Below, one piece after another: positions 28,049-37,264 of a stretch of DNA of 61,063 nt; position 1 is the first letter of the stretch, and each line of letters starts with the position of its first letter. The notes under the pieces were generated by a model. It did not search any database. It was not told where the DNA came from and saw only the letters and a program-made list of their open reading frames with translations. Source of the stretch: an uncultured virus (IMG/VR IMGVR_UViG_3300037418_000253) (lineage: Duplodnaviria; Heunggongvirae; Uroviricota; Caudoviricetes); the IMG/VR virus record IMGVR_UViG_3300037418_000253; one strand, 5' to 3'. The position numbers were made by a program, and so were the translations under genes.

Positions 28049-28196
28049 GATGGTAGCTCCTTGCCTAGTCCCCCTCGGGCCTTTCCCGCTGGGCTATGAC
28101 AGAAAATCTAGTGGAGCCAATAAGCCCTGTCAACACTTATCAAGAACTTTTCTCGAAAAAGTTTTGACAGGGCCTCTGACCTGCGGTTTTACCTTA

Positions 28197-28541
28197 TCAC
28201 ATGTAGTAGATGGTGCTACCGACCATGTAGACAGCAGCCGCCTTAGTGACCTTCTGGCCCGTCTCGCTGTCCACGTAGTAGCCAAGGGAGCCGATGTAAC
28301 GAGCCTTCGGCCAGTAGCTCACGGCACCGAACTTAGCGGAGCGCGGCATAACCGTCTTCTCGTTCTCCTCAAGCAGGTCACCACAGATGGTCTTGCCGAA
28401 CTGAACGTTGGTCATGATGACCGTACCGGCACCGTGGCTCTGGCTGTTGCGTCCGAGCTTCTTAACCGAGATACCGCCAACGGTCTTCTTCTGGCCCTTG
28501 ATGGTGACGGACTTGCGAACGATGCGAGCGGAAACCTTCAT
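28197..28541 (-). CDS. Basic hypothetical protein
   Basis: RBS CGGGAG; own promoter region upstream. Confidence 0.75.
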   Translation of the reverse strand: MKVSARIVRKSVTIKGQKKTVGGISVKKLGRNSQSHGAGTVIMTNVQFGKTICGDLLEENEKTVMPRSAKFGAVSYWPKARYIGSLGYYVDSETGQKVTKAAAVYMVGSTIYYM

Positions 28542-28963
28542 TTTTACTCCCGAGTCCCGAGTGCCCTTGTGAGTAAGAGCTTAGTCGAAAAGTCTTTACT
28601 TTGTCAACCGGTCTGCTTGGCTTCCGCCGCTTCCCTGCCGACACCCATAAATATACGGGTCCCGGCTTTACTTGGCAAGCCCAAGCTTCATGATTTTTTA
28701 CTCTGTCCGCTATGTCCGGTTGGCGAGCTTTACCCCGGATGCCCGCTCCGGGGTAGTTGAAGCTGAGTGGAGTCTCCCCTTTACGATACCCCCCAAAAAA
28801 TCTCAGGATTTTTTGGTGCTCTTAGGAATACTCCAATTTACATTTCGCCTTTTCTTGACGACACGGAGAGAAAATTCTTCCTCTTCCCATTCCTCGTCTT
28901 CCCAATCAGGCTCTCTAACTCCGAACCAAAGCATGTCCCAGGTTCGTAGCTGACCGTCGTACA

Positions 28964-29353
28964 CTAGGCAGCCTCGCCATCCAGCCAGCCGAAAATCTCC
29001 TCGTCGGAAATATCGACCGTGGCGAACTCCAGCTCAGGCGAGCAATTCACCTCGTCCACAAAAGCCTCGACCGAGCAGGGGTCAAACTCCAGCAGAACAA
29101 AGCCCTCCGGAGACGAAAGACTCATGTAGAGTTTGTGGTTCTCATCGTTCAGCTCGAAATGAACATCACCCTCGCCGGAAAACTCGTTGTCCTCCAGCTC
29201 ATCCAGCAAGTCCTTGGAAAAGGACCACTTGGTCACCTCTCCGGAACCAACATGGAATGCGAACTCGATTGTGTACGGGTCCTTGCCCTCGAAAATCATC
29301 TCAACGGGAACCGGAATGCTGGAGATGTACGCAACCGACTTGAAGTTAATCAT
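28964..29353 (-). CDS. ssgA: SsgA-like protein (SALP family)
   Basis: DPYTIEFAFH..VTKWSFSKDLL...GEGDVHF...LSSPEG matches SALP DPYAV.L.F..W.F.RDLL..G.GDV..LSSP.G. Confidence 0.8.
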   Translation of the reverse strand: MINFKSVAYISSIPVPVEMIFEGKDPYTIEFAFHVGSGEVTKWSFSKDLLDELEDNEFSGEGDVHFELNDENHKLYMSLSSPEGFVLLEFDPCSVEAFVDEVNCSPELEFATVDISDEEIFGWLDGEAA

Positions 29354-29631
29354 TTATCTCTCCCGAGAAAGAAAGCTCTACTGTTCTGCGCGAGCCTGTG
29401 CAGCTTCGTACTTATCGATAATTTCCTGCGCCTGTTCGCGCTTACCGAATCGAGCTACGGAGCTGTGAGTGATGCTGTCCCAGATAGCAAACTGGGTTTC
29501 GGTCCTGCGACCGTGCTTATATGTCTCTTCCTTAATCGAATATCTCATGATGGAAGACTAACATGCCTTTCTTTACCCTGTCAATCAGGGAAGCTTGGCG
29601 GGGTACCCTTTTACGATACCCCGCATTTTTC

Positions 29632-29874
29632 TCAGAAATCTGTGGACCGGCGTCCCGGAAACGGGGGCCGAGGACGGGCCTGAGGCTCAATCTGGAGGCT
29701 CAGAAAATCACCCTTGGACTTTTCATGCAGCTCGTCCCACCACGCCTTAGAAGCCATCTGAGCGCTTCCGATGCTGCCCATCTTTTCCGTGGCGTAGTCG
29801 GAGAAGGCATCGAAGTCCCCGAGGGTAACCCCAGTGTACGCGGTAATGATAGCAGCCTCACGACGAGTAATCAT
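29632..29874 (-). CDS. Hypothetical protein
   Basis: TRREAAIITAYTG family-like ORF. Confidence 0.65.
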   Translation of the reverse strand: MITRREAAIITAYTGVTLGDFDAFSDYATEKMGSIGSAQMASKAWWDELHEKSKGDFLSLQIEPQARPRPPFPGRRSTDF

Positions 29875-29885
29875 TTATGAATTCC

Positions 29886-30128
29886 TCACATATCCATGGG
29901 GTAGTGACCGGGACCCGCGCAAAGCCACGCGGAAAGACCGTGCTCGCATGAAGGGTAAAGGGCTTCCTGGGTAAGCGGGTGACCATCGAGCTGGTCGTCT
30001 GCAATATCGAATACCAGCTTGCCCTTGCGCTTGATGTACTCGGCAGCCCTGGCGTCCACGTTATCCCCCACGAACCGAACCGTGAAGTAGTGCCAGCCGC
30101 CATCAGCGCTTGCCTGGAGAGTTATCAT
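29886..30128 (-). CDS. Hypothetical protein
   Basis: C-terminal CEHGLSAWLCAGPGHYP; RBS GAGGG. Confidence 0.7.
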   Translation of the reverse strand: MITLQASADGGWHYFTVRFVGDNVDARAAEYIKRKGKLVFDIADDQLDGHPLTQEALYPSCEHGLSAWLCAGPGHYPMDM

Positions 30129-30220
30129 CGTGTTTCCCTCGGTCGTTTGCCGTTGAGAAAAATATACACCCGGCCGAGAGCGGGTGTCAAGCTTGCCGGG
30201 CGAGGCCCGGCAGAAAAAAA

Positions 30221-30352
30221 TCATGCGAAGTGGTTGACCAACTTGATGATGGCCCAGACAACAACGCCCCAGAAAGCGAGGTTGGCCAGAACAATCAGCG
30301 CCCAGACGGAAATGAGAGCGCCGACGCCAGCCTTCTCCTTGCGAGAGAGCAT
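30221..30352 (-). CDS. Small membrane protein
   Basis: Hydrophobic 43 aa. Confidence 0.6.
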   Translation of the reverse strand: MLSRKEKAGVGALISVWALIVLANLAFWGVVVWAIIKLVNHFA

Positions 30353-30425
30353 GTGATTCCCCTTTACGAAGCATGTGAATAGTCTCAGGATTTCTGAGAA
30401 GCTTGCCCCCTTTCGGGGGCCGAGG

Positions 30426-31073
30426 TTAGCGAAGGTCAAGCGTCTTCAACTTGAACTTAATTCGCTGTCCCCGCTGGTCGTACATCGGAACCGGCGTAAC
30501 CGCCACGACTCCTTCTGCCCCATATTCCCGGTTCTGAGAGAACGTGCTAACAAAGCCGCCGCTTACCAGACCGAAAATCTGCTCTGTAGTCATGATACCA
30601 AAGCTCGGCACCATTTCTACACCCCACTCCTCAGCGTTCTCCGCAACCGCATTCGGACCCAGCCAGGTCTTATCGTTGACCATGATATCAAACATGCGGA
30701 ATCCGAGGTTGTCGGAATAATTACCGCCCGCCTGAATCCTAGGGCCGTACAACTCACCATAAAGGGTCATCGACGTTAGACCAAAGTTGAACAGAGTCTC
30801 CTTAACAGCATCCTGAATGCGATGGCACAACGAGTCTATAAAATCATGCTGTGCCGAGGTGAAATTCGCATTGTCGGTGCGTCCAGCAAACTTATAGAAC
30901 GGTATTCGAGCAGCGTTGAAGTTCAAGCGGACATTGGTGCCGTCCACCTTCTCGGAAACGTGCCACTTGTTGATAAACTCGAATTCCGGCCGGGTGAACT
31001 GACCAACCAGAAGCTCAGACTTCTTGTTCGGGTTACGCTTGTACAGGTTATCTGTCTTGGGGTACTCAATCAC
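30426..31073 (-). CDS. RNA ligase (Rnl2-like nucleotidyltransferase domain only)
   Basis: EKVDGTN, YGELYG, FRMFDI, EGVV, KFKLK. Confidence 0.85.
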   Translation of the reverse strand: MIEYPKTDNLYKRNPNKKSELLVGQFTRPEFEFINKWHVSEKVDGTNVRLNFNAARIPFYKFAGRTDNANFTSAQHDFIDSLCHRIQDAVKETLFNFGLTSMTLYGELYGPRIQAGGNYSDNLGFRMFDIMVNDKTWLGPNAVAENAEEWGVEMVPSFGIMTTEQIFGLVSGGFVSTFSQNREYGAEGVVAVTPVPMYDQRGQRIKFKLKTLDLR

Positions 31074-31218
31074 TGTCAAGCTCCATTTCTGTGACATCAA
31101 CATACCGACTTTCGCCGGTCTTCTCGAAGTATTCCCTCACCTTGTCCATGCTGGACCCGACAAAGGTCACATTCATGCAGCAATCACAGTTGCCTTCGGT
31201 GACGACGAAAACCTTCAT
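31066..31218 (-). CDS. 50-aa GxCxCC microprotein
   Basis: MKVFVVTEGNCDCCM; RBS AGGAGG. Confidence 0.65.
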   Translation of the reverse strand: MKVFVVTEGNCDCCMNVTFVGSSMDKVREYFEKTGESRYVDVTEMELDSD

Positions 31219-31425
31219 TATTCCTCCTGTTTGCCGGGACCCTTCCCAGTTGGAGAAGCTTGGCGGGTTTCCCCGCCATTCGCAATGGTTACTCGTAACG
31301 GTCTGTCTTATGCTTCGCCTTGCGCTTGTACTTCTTCTTGCTCGGAATGGGCTGGGCACGAGAACCCCGCCGCAATTCCAAAATGTGCTCGTATCGTTCC
31401 TTGGCGTTAGCCATTGCATTCCCTT

Positions 31426-31968
31426 TCAGCTACAACGAGAATCGGCAACGTCAATCAAAACCCGTGTGCCGTTGTCCTCAATGCGAATATTACCAGTGTG
31501 GATATCCTCGATGTCCCACGCTTCCGAGATATCGTGCCAAACCTCGGCAACACAACGACCCCGAGGCTTTCCACAGGTGCATTTGTACTTGCGGCCAGAC
31601 AGTCGATTGTACGTCCTGTATTCGAAGGACTTCTGGCAAAGGATATCACTCTCGCCACCGGCGATATATTCCATCGCAATTACGTCTCGACCATTTACAT
31701 TGTACACGGTTGCTTCGGGAACCCGCCAGCCCTGCACAGGAATCAACTTACACCGCTGAATATTTTCGAATTCGCGGTTGTTGTGGTGCTCGTACTCGCC
31801 GTCTTCGTTCTCAATCTTATATACCACACCAGATGGAGAACGGAAAGCATATCGGTAAGCGCCATCGCCCAGGAATTCCCAGCCTTCTGGAGCAATTACG
31901 TCCCAGTGCTCGTCATGCTCGATGCCGAACTCGACAAGCTCGGCAGCTTCTTCCAGACACCCAATCAT
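31426..31968 (-). CDS. Minimal protein-kinase-fold protein (paralogue of 17485-18033)
   Basis: LGDGAYRYAF, VVYKIE, NREF, IAMEY, DIHTGNI, LIDVA. Confidence 0.75.
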   Translation of the reverse strand: MIGCLEEAAELVEFGIEHDEHWDVIAPEGWEFLGDGAYRYAFRSPSGVVYKIENEDGEYEHHNNREFENIQRCKLIPVQGWRVPEATVYNVNGRDVIAMEYIAGGESDILCQKSFEYRTYNRLSGRKYKCTCGKPRGRCVAEVWHDISEAWDIEDIHTGNIRIEDNGTRVLIDVADSRCS

Positions 31969-32299
31969 TTAATCCTCCCGAGATATGGCAATGATTGGAA
32001 AGCTTGGCCGGGTTGCCCCCGCCGGTAGTAGAGATTATTGCACGACCACCCCGGCTCGCACAACCCAGTGCAGATGATTATTTATGTCTCCCTTGCCGAG
32101 CCCTACGGCATAGGTCAGAACGTGCTTGTTGCGGAGCCTGACGGCCCGCTGACGGGCGAACTTGACGGTCTGCATACTTCCTAGCCTCCGAGGTTAGTTA
32201 GGTCGTTAGAAAGGCGTACAGAGGCTCGCTATCAGCAGCCGTCCCGAAGGGTGCCCTCGGCGTGCATGTCGTCGTCCTCATCGAAAATGTCGAACATAA

Positions 32300-32608
32300 T
32301 CAAACCTCCAGGTCGAGAAGAAACTGAGATTCGCCATACGAGTAATCGATATTTTCTATTCCAAGGAGCCAGGCGAGGATGATTCGCTTGTGGCCATCGT
32401 ACACGCAATCCTCGTCCGGGTCATAGCAGATGCAGCCGGGGATTCCGTGAATCTCGACGTACTTGATGAATTCGATGTCCGTCATGTCGAAATGCCGGGT
32501 GATGAATTCTTCCTTGGAAATCTTGTTTGCGTCACAGAAGACGCTAGCTTGCATCAGGTGCCTTACTGATACCTTACCTGTCATTGCCATTCCCCTTTGA
32601 ATAGACAT
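32300..32608 (-). CDS. Hypothetical protein, possible ParB/Srx-like motif
   Basis: VYDGHKRI.LA..LG. Confidence 0.55.
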   Translation of the reverse strand: MSIQRGMAMTGKVSVRHLMQASVFCDANKISKEEFITRHFDMTDIEFIKYVEIHGIPGCICYDPDEDCVYDGHKRIILAWLLGIENIDYSYGESQFLLDLEV

Positions 32609-33045
32609 AGCCCCGGATATTGCTCTTTATAGAACGAATATCCGGGGCTTTAGTACGCTACCATGATTCGAACATGGAATCTCTGACGTTGGACCGCCAG
32701 CGCATCAAACCCACTAATGCTATCAGCGCACCCCTCACCCCTTTATCGTTTGCAACCGATGTTACGGTCACTCATATTCGCGACTATGAGGCCGCAATCC
32801 GGGGGTCAACGGGAAGTTTTCGGCCCACCCAGTTAATTCTGGTCCTCCGGGATTTATGGTCCCGACGTGCTTTCGCCCTTTAGAGGACGCCTATACACCA
32901 GTAGGCTAGCTTGCTCCTAAGGGAGCAGATATTTATATATTATACTATATTGTTTATTGAGCTTGGCCGGAAGTGGGAGACTGAGTGCGCCACTCCCGGC
33001 CGTTGTGCTTACCTAAAATATACTACCGGACATGTTCCCTGTCAA

Positions 33046-33375
33046 CTAGTCCCGCTCGACAGACCAGCGAGCAAGGTCGTTACCCTGGATAACCCAACGC
33101 GGCTCGGCGTCCCAGTCCTTAGTCCAGCCGCCCTTGAAAACGTCCGGGTACAGCCAGCCGAGAGGAATAAGGCCAGGGTGGTCATCATCCACGTAAATGG
33201 TACCGTCCTGCTTTGCCTCTTCCAGGTTGACCACCTTGCCGTTGACGTGGTAAACGTCACCATACACACCCGGATAATCCTTAATTTCCTGGTCAATCAG
33301 GACGCGCAGGCCGTTACACAGAACCACATCGCCGGGGCGAATCTCGGAAGACTTGAGGTACAGAGTCTCAGCCAT
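33046..33375 (-). CDS. Hypothetical protein
   Basis: RBS GGAGG; W.IQGNDLARW. Confidence 0.75.
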   Translation of the reverse strand: MAETLYLKSSEIRPGDVVLCNGLRVLIDQEIKDYPGVYGDVYHVNGKVVNLEEAKQDGTIYVDDDHPGLIPLGWLYPDVFKGGWTKDWDAEPRWVIQGNDLARWSVERD

Positions 33376-33519
33376 TTTTTCCTCCGTGGTTGACTGATAC
33401 AAGCTTGCCAGACCGAAGTCTGGCTGTCAAGCCTTAGGCACCGGCTTGAACTACTGCGTAACCAATAATACACAGTAGCGCGAGAAGGAACAAGGCCAGC
33501 ACCGCTGTGCCCTGTCCTC

Positions 33520-33987
33520 TCATGGCTTCACCCTACGGTAATCGCCGTTGTAATGCGTGGCCCAGTAGGAGCTTATCTTCTCCTTGATGACCTTCTTACC
33601 ATAGTATCCACCAGCGTTGGCGTGAATCATGTAGCCGTCTCCAGCATACATGCCGACGTGGAACTTGTCATGGGTACCCTTGTGGCTCCAAAAAATGAGG
33701 TCACCCTTGACGCGGTTTCGCCAAGTAATGTCATAGGTAGCCTTGAACTGGTCCCCAGTGTAATGGGGAATGTACTTCCCGGCCTTTTTATACGAATACT
33801 GGGTCAATCCCGAACAGTCAAACGAATACGGGCCGGTAGCCCCATAAACATAAGGGTCGCCTAGCTGTGCCTTGGCAACTGTATAGGCGTTGTACTGAAC
33901 TGTAGACGCTTCCGCATTCTGAATGGGAAGCACGAAAGTAAGACCAGCCGCAATAGCCGCGACCGAAATCACCTTACGCATTAGCAT
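33520..33987 (-). CDS. Secreted NlpC/P60 cell-wall peptidase
   Basis: Signal peptide; PYVYGATGPYSFDCSGL, GDLIF, HVGMYAG, MIHA. Confidence 0.92.
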   Translation of the reverse strand: MLMRKVISVAAIAAGLTFVLPIQNAEASTVQYNAYTVAKAQLGDPYVYGATGPYSFDCSGLTQYSYKKAGKYIPHYTGDQFKATYDITWRNRVKGDLIFWSHKGTHDKFHVGMYAGDGYMIHANAGGYYGKKVIKEKISSYWATHYNGDYRRVKP

Positions 33988-34090
33988 TTCTCCTTGCTCC
34001 GGTAAACCACGCCGGTATGGGTTGATTGGTTTTGCTTGGGGTAAGCTAAAGGCCCGGCCGATAAGCCGGGCCTTTGTCTACTATTATACC

Positions 34091-34357
34091 TTATTCGAAC
34101 TCGGAGTACAGCGATGTGGCGATATCCACAAGCTCATCCTCGTTGTCCGTGCTTCTCAGGTCGGTTTCGGAAATAATCCCACCCGTTGCGTCCCATTCCT
34201 TCATGGCGAAGTTGAATGTATTTCCCCAACGAGAAACTTCAACCGCCTTACGATAGCCACCCTCGAATTCCACGAACTTTCGGCCATTGACCGTATACAC
34301 ATCGGCGGCGATGTCCAGCTCATCCAGGTCGTCAGAAAGTTTGTCGGCCCAACTCAT
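34091..34357 (-). CDS. Acidic hypothetical protein
   Basis: Start MSWAD with RBS GGAG. Confidence 0.7.
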   Translation of the reverse strand: MSWADKLSDDLDELDIAADVYTVNGRKFVEFEGGYRKAVEVSRWGNTFNFAMKEWDATGGIISETDLRSTDNEDELVDIATSLYSEFE

Positions 34358-34428
34358 CGTGACACTCCAGGTCCGTGCGATTATTTGTACCACGGTTGGT
34401 TTGGCCGGGATAAACCCGGCCGTTTGCG

Positions 34429-34626
34429 TTACTGGTCGCAGGCCATCTCGCCATTTGTTCCCTGGTGGAAGTTGCCTCCATGCTTGACGCATTCCACTGC
34501 AACCTGACGAGACTTGATGTTGTCTTCATGGGCATTCAGCGTAACCCCGCCAATAATCCCTAGAAGGACCGCAATGATACAGAAGCCAATAACCATAGCC
34601 ATCTGAACATCGTGCTTGTCGTTCAT
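34429..34626 (-). CDS. Small membrane protein
   Basis: TM helix then CVKHGG..C. Confidence 0.7.
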   Translation of the reverse strand: MNDKHDVQMAMVIGFCIIAVLLGIIGGVTLNAHEDNIKSRQVAVECVKHGGNFHQGTNGEMACDQ

Positions 34627-34676
34627 TTTTTATCTCCAGTGTCGGAAGCTTGGCCCGGATAACCCGGGCCGGGGCA

Positions 34677-34910
34677 CTACTTGCCATAGATGCGACGACG
34701 AATGTCCTCCATGTCTTCCTTGAACTTAGCATCAAGGTGACGGGAAAGACCTACCATCGCAAGGGCGTAACAGACCGCCCCGCTGGCACCATTAATCGCA
34801 ACACCCGGAAAAAATTCCACATGCACCCAAATGGCGACCGCTGCAAGGTTGGCCAGAAAGCCCGCGATGCTGATAACGAATGCCCGAAGGTATCGCTCTG
34901 ACTCTCGCAT
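34677..34910 (-). CDS. Two-TM membrane protein
   Basis: Hydrophobic segments. Confidence 0.7.
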   Translation of the reverse strand: MRESERYLRAFVISIAGFLANLAAVAIWVHVEFFPGVAINGASGAVCYALAMVGLSRHLDAKFKEDMEDIRRRIYGK

Positions 34911-34967
34911 TTTTTTTCTCCCAAGGTAGATTAGTGGGAAGCTTGCGGGCCTTTCGGCCCGCCGTTT

Positions 34968-35417
34968 TTAAGCTGCGACCCAGCGGATAATGTACCGCTT
35001 GTCGAATACTGGAGAGCACTTAGCGCAGGAACGCGGAGCTGCCTTAGCAGAGGGACGACGAAGCCTTTCCCCTGCCTTGTGTCCGTTCGGGCACTTGCCA
35101 ATCCAATTCGGCTTAATGGTAACCGGGTCGTCCGAGCAACGCTTACCGTTGCATCCGATAGCAAGAGCCTTAGCCCGCCACCGGGGACCATGACCAGCTC
35201 CAGGAGTAAGCGCGTGCGCAATCTCGTGGAGAATGGTGTTTCGCACGGCATCCTCGGTACGCTGCACATTCAGCTTACGGGACATTGAAATGGTGTGCGT
35301 GGAATAGTTGCACTGACCGAATCGCTTAGCCGCATTATCCCACTTGAAATTCCAGCCGTACAGCCCGTGGTCGAGCATCAGCTTACGGGCCATGCGCTCA
35401 ACAAGAATAAGGTTCAC
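34968..35417 (-). CDS. SprT-like zinc metalloprotease
   Basis: RFGQC, TILHEIAHAL, HGPRW, CPNGH..CAKC. Confidence 0.88.
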   Translation of the reverse strand: MNLILVERMARKLMLDHGLYGWNFKWDNAAKRFGQCNYSTHTISMSRKLNVQRTEDAVRNTILHEIAHALTPGAGHGPRWRAKALAIGCNGKRCSDDPVTIKPNWIGKCPNGHKAGERLRRPSAKAAPRSCAKCSPVFDKRYIIRWVAA

Positions 35418-35682
35418 AGGTCCTCTTTCCCGAGAAGGTGTAACCATCATAATGGAGGACGCTTGGAGCGTCAAGCTTGCCCGGAATAACCGGGCGGTAG
35501 TGCTAGTGGTTGAGCGCTACGAAAATCATACCAGCAGCAGGCACCCAAGCGATAGCGGTAACAGCGAGAAAGAAGAAAATCATCGCCACGTTGACCTTCA
35601 ACTTCTCCCAGTCGGACATGGCCGCGTAAGCCTGCTCCCACTCCGCCTCGGTCAGGTGCGAGTAGTCCTTCATTATTTCTCC

Positions 35683-36045
35683 CTAGGCTACAGCGTAACG
35701 CGAACGATTGAGCGTCTTGTGCTGGTCGCTGCGAACGTTTACCCATACAGTCTTGCAGCGCCAGGGCTGGTTGTCAATATTCGGGATGAGAACGATGCAC
35801 AGGTCCCGAGTAGCATCAAGCTGACCACGGAAAAGAATCTTAGAAACCCGGCCGTTGATAACGCCAGCCTCAATAACACGGAAACGCTTGAGGTTTACGA
35901 AAGCGGGGAGAGCAATCTCTCCATACCGGTCAATCAGAGCCTCACGCTTTGCGTGGTGGCCGTAGTCAACCTTAACACGCTGCGTCGGGGCCGTGAACCA
36001 ATCCGGCAGGAAAATGTCACTGTGGTAAAGCACTTCGCTAGTCAT
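35683..36045 (-). CDS. Hypothetical protein, RelE/DUF4258-like pattern
   Basis: YGHHAKRE...DLCIVL...KTVWVN..DQHKTL. Confidence 0.65.
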   Translation of the reverse strand: MTSEVLYHSDIFLPDWFTAPTQRVKVDYGHHAKREALIDRYGEIALPAFVNLKRFRVIEAGVINGRVSKILFRGQLDATRDLCIVLIPNIDNQPWRCKTVWVNVRSDQHKTLNRSRYAVA

Positions 36046-36101
36046 TCCCGAGTCCGTTCTCTAGCTTTGCCGGGCTTGTCAGCCCGACAACAAATAATCT
36101 A

Positions 36102-37043
36102 TCAGAGGTACATGCCGGTTGGCAAGTCCTTGTGCTCACGGTTCCATCGGGACACGTAAGCGTTGAGCGTTGACCTGGCAGGAGCCTTGCCAGTGTGCAG
36201 CAAAATAGCCTGCTCGATAACGTCCCGGTCACGAACACCGGACTCCATCGCAATCGTCACCAGCTTAGTGTGTGACGTGTTCTGCGGAATATTCTTGAAC
36301 GCGCTGAGGCCAAGAATAGCACCAGACTCGGGGTCCTGCACCTTCTTAGGCCGAGGGGCCTTCTTTGGCTTGGGAGCCTCAATCGCCTTGGGTGCTGGCT
36401 TCTTCTCCACCGCCTCAGGCTTATTCTTGTCGGCACGCGTGACTGTTGCCTTAATTGCCTTCGGCTCAGCCTTTTCTGTGACCTCTACAAGGGCTGTCAA
36501 CCTGCCCTCTAGCTGCTGCTCAGCAACCTTAAGGTCAATGGCCAGCCCCTTACGGTAAAAGCCAATCCACTTCTTAGGGTTGTAGAACAGCGTTGCGTGA
36601 CGGACCAGAGGAAATTCCTTGTGGACTCGTCCTCGTGCCCTCAGGCTACCAGACTTGAGCCAGTCAAGGAACAGGTCCAGCAGAAATCCGGCCGCGATGC
36701 TCGGAGCCGCGTAGAGCAGAGCCGCAATATATCCGTGGCCCAGCATCAATGCGTGCTCGGCATTGAGAAATGCCGATGTTCCAATCATCAGAAAGGCAAT
36801 GAACTTTCCCTTACCGCCTGACTCACCATCGAGCGCATACAGCGTAGCCAGAATGGCAGCGCCAAGAGCACCCACATCAAAAATACCACTAACTACCCAG
36901 CTTAGCAGTTCTGGAAGGTCGAAGAATTCCGCTCCCAGGTGGTGCAGAGACCACGTTGAAACCGCCAGGGCAGCCGCCAGAGCAATTACGAATGACGCTG
37001 CATACGCAATACCCAAGCCCTTTCGAATATCTATCTTATTCAC
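36102..37043 (-). CDS. DUF2637/SpdA-like multi-TM protein with basic linker and C-terminal helical domain
   Basis: Four TM helices with S.WSL..L, FDVGAL, SAFLNAEH, AAP pattern. Confidence 0.65.
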   Translation of the reverse strand: MNKIDIRKGLGIAYAASFVIALAAALAVSTWSLHHLGAEFFDLPELLSWVVSGIFDVGALGAAILATLYALDGESGGKGKFIAFLMIGTSAFLNAEHALMLGHGYIAALLYAAPSIAAGFLLDLFLDWLKSGSLRARGRVHKEFPLVRHATLFYNPKKWIGFYRKGLAIDLKVAEQQLEGRLTALVEVTEKAEPKAIKATVTRADKNKPEAVEKKPAPKAIEAPKPKKAPRPKKVQDPESGAILGLSAFKNIPQNTSHTKLVTIAMESGVRDRDVIEQAILLHTGKAPARSTLNAYVSRWNREHKDLPTGMYL

Positions 37044-37089
37044 TTTCGCATTATCCTTAATTGTATGATTGACATTAGCTATAGCAACG

Positions 37090-37127
37090 AAAAAACCCCG
37101 AAAGACTCTGGCGGAAGTCTTTCGGGG
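37090..37127 (-). terminator. Intrinsic terminator in 5' leader of DUF2637-like gene
   Basis: CCCCGAAAGACT-TCCGCCAG-AGTCTTTCGGGG + T run. Confidence 0.85.
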
Positions 37128-37153
37128 CTATCGCGAAATACGAGATTTCGAAG

Positions 37154-37180
37154 CTATTGTTTGTTTGTCCGCCAGAACAT
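37154..37180 (-). CDS. Leaderless uORF / leader peptide MFWRTNKQ
   Basis: ATG 6 nt below -10 TATGAT; stop TAG 37154-37156. Confidence 0.5.
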   Translation of the reverse strand: MFWRTNKQ

Positions 37181-37186
37181 GCTTTA

Positions 37187-37216
37187 ATCATATCAGGCGG
37201 CAATAGCGAATGTCAA
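37187..37216 (-). promoter_or_regulatory. HrdB/sigma70-type promoter
   Basis: TTGACA-N18-TATGAT. Confidence 0.8.
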
Positions 37217-37264
37217 TAGCTTGCACCCCTCCTTTACGAAGGGGTGCGAAAATCTCAGGATTTT

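Noticed and set aside
27858..28760. 300-aa plus-strand ORF
   Set aside because: Antisense to two real genes and their promoter regions; no recognisable features.
37068..37217. Invertible promoter switch
   Set aside because: Inverted repeat is imperfect and no recombinase is visible; retained only as an operator/antisense hypothesis.
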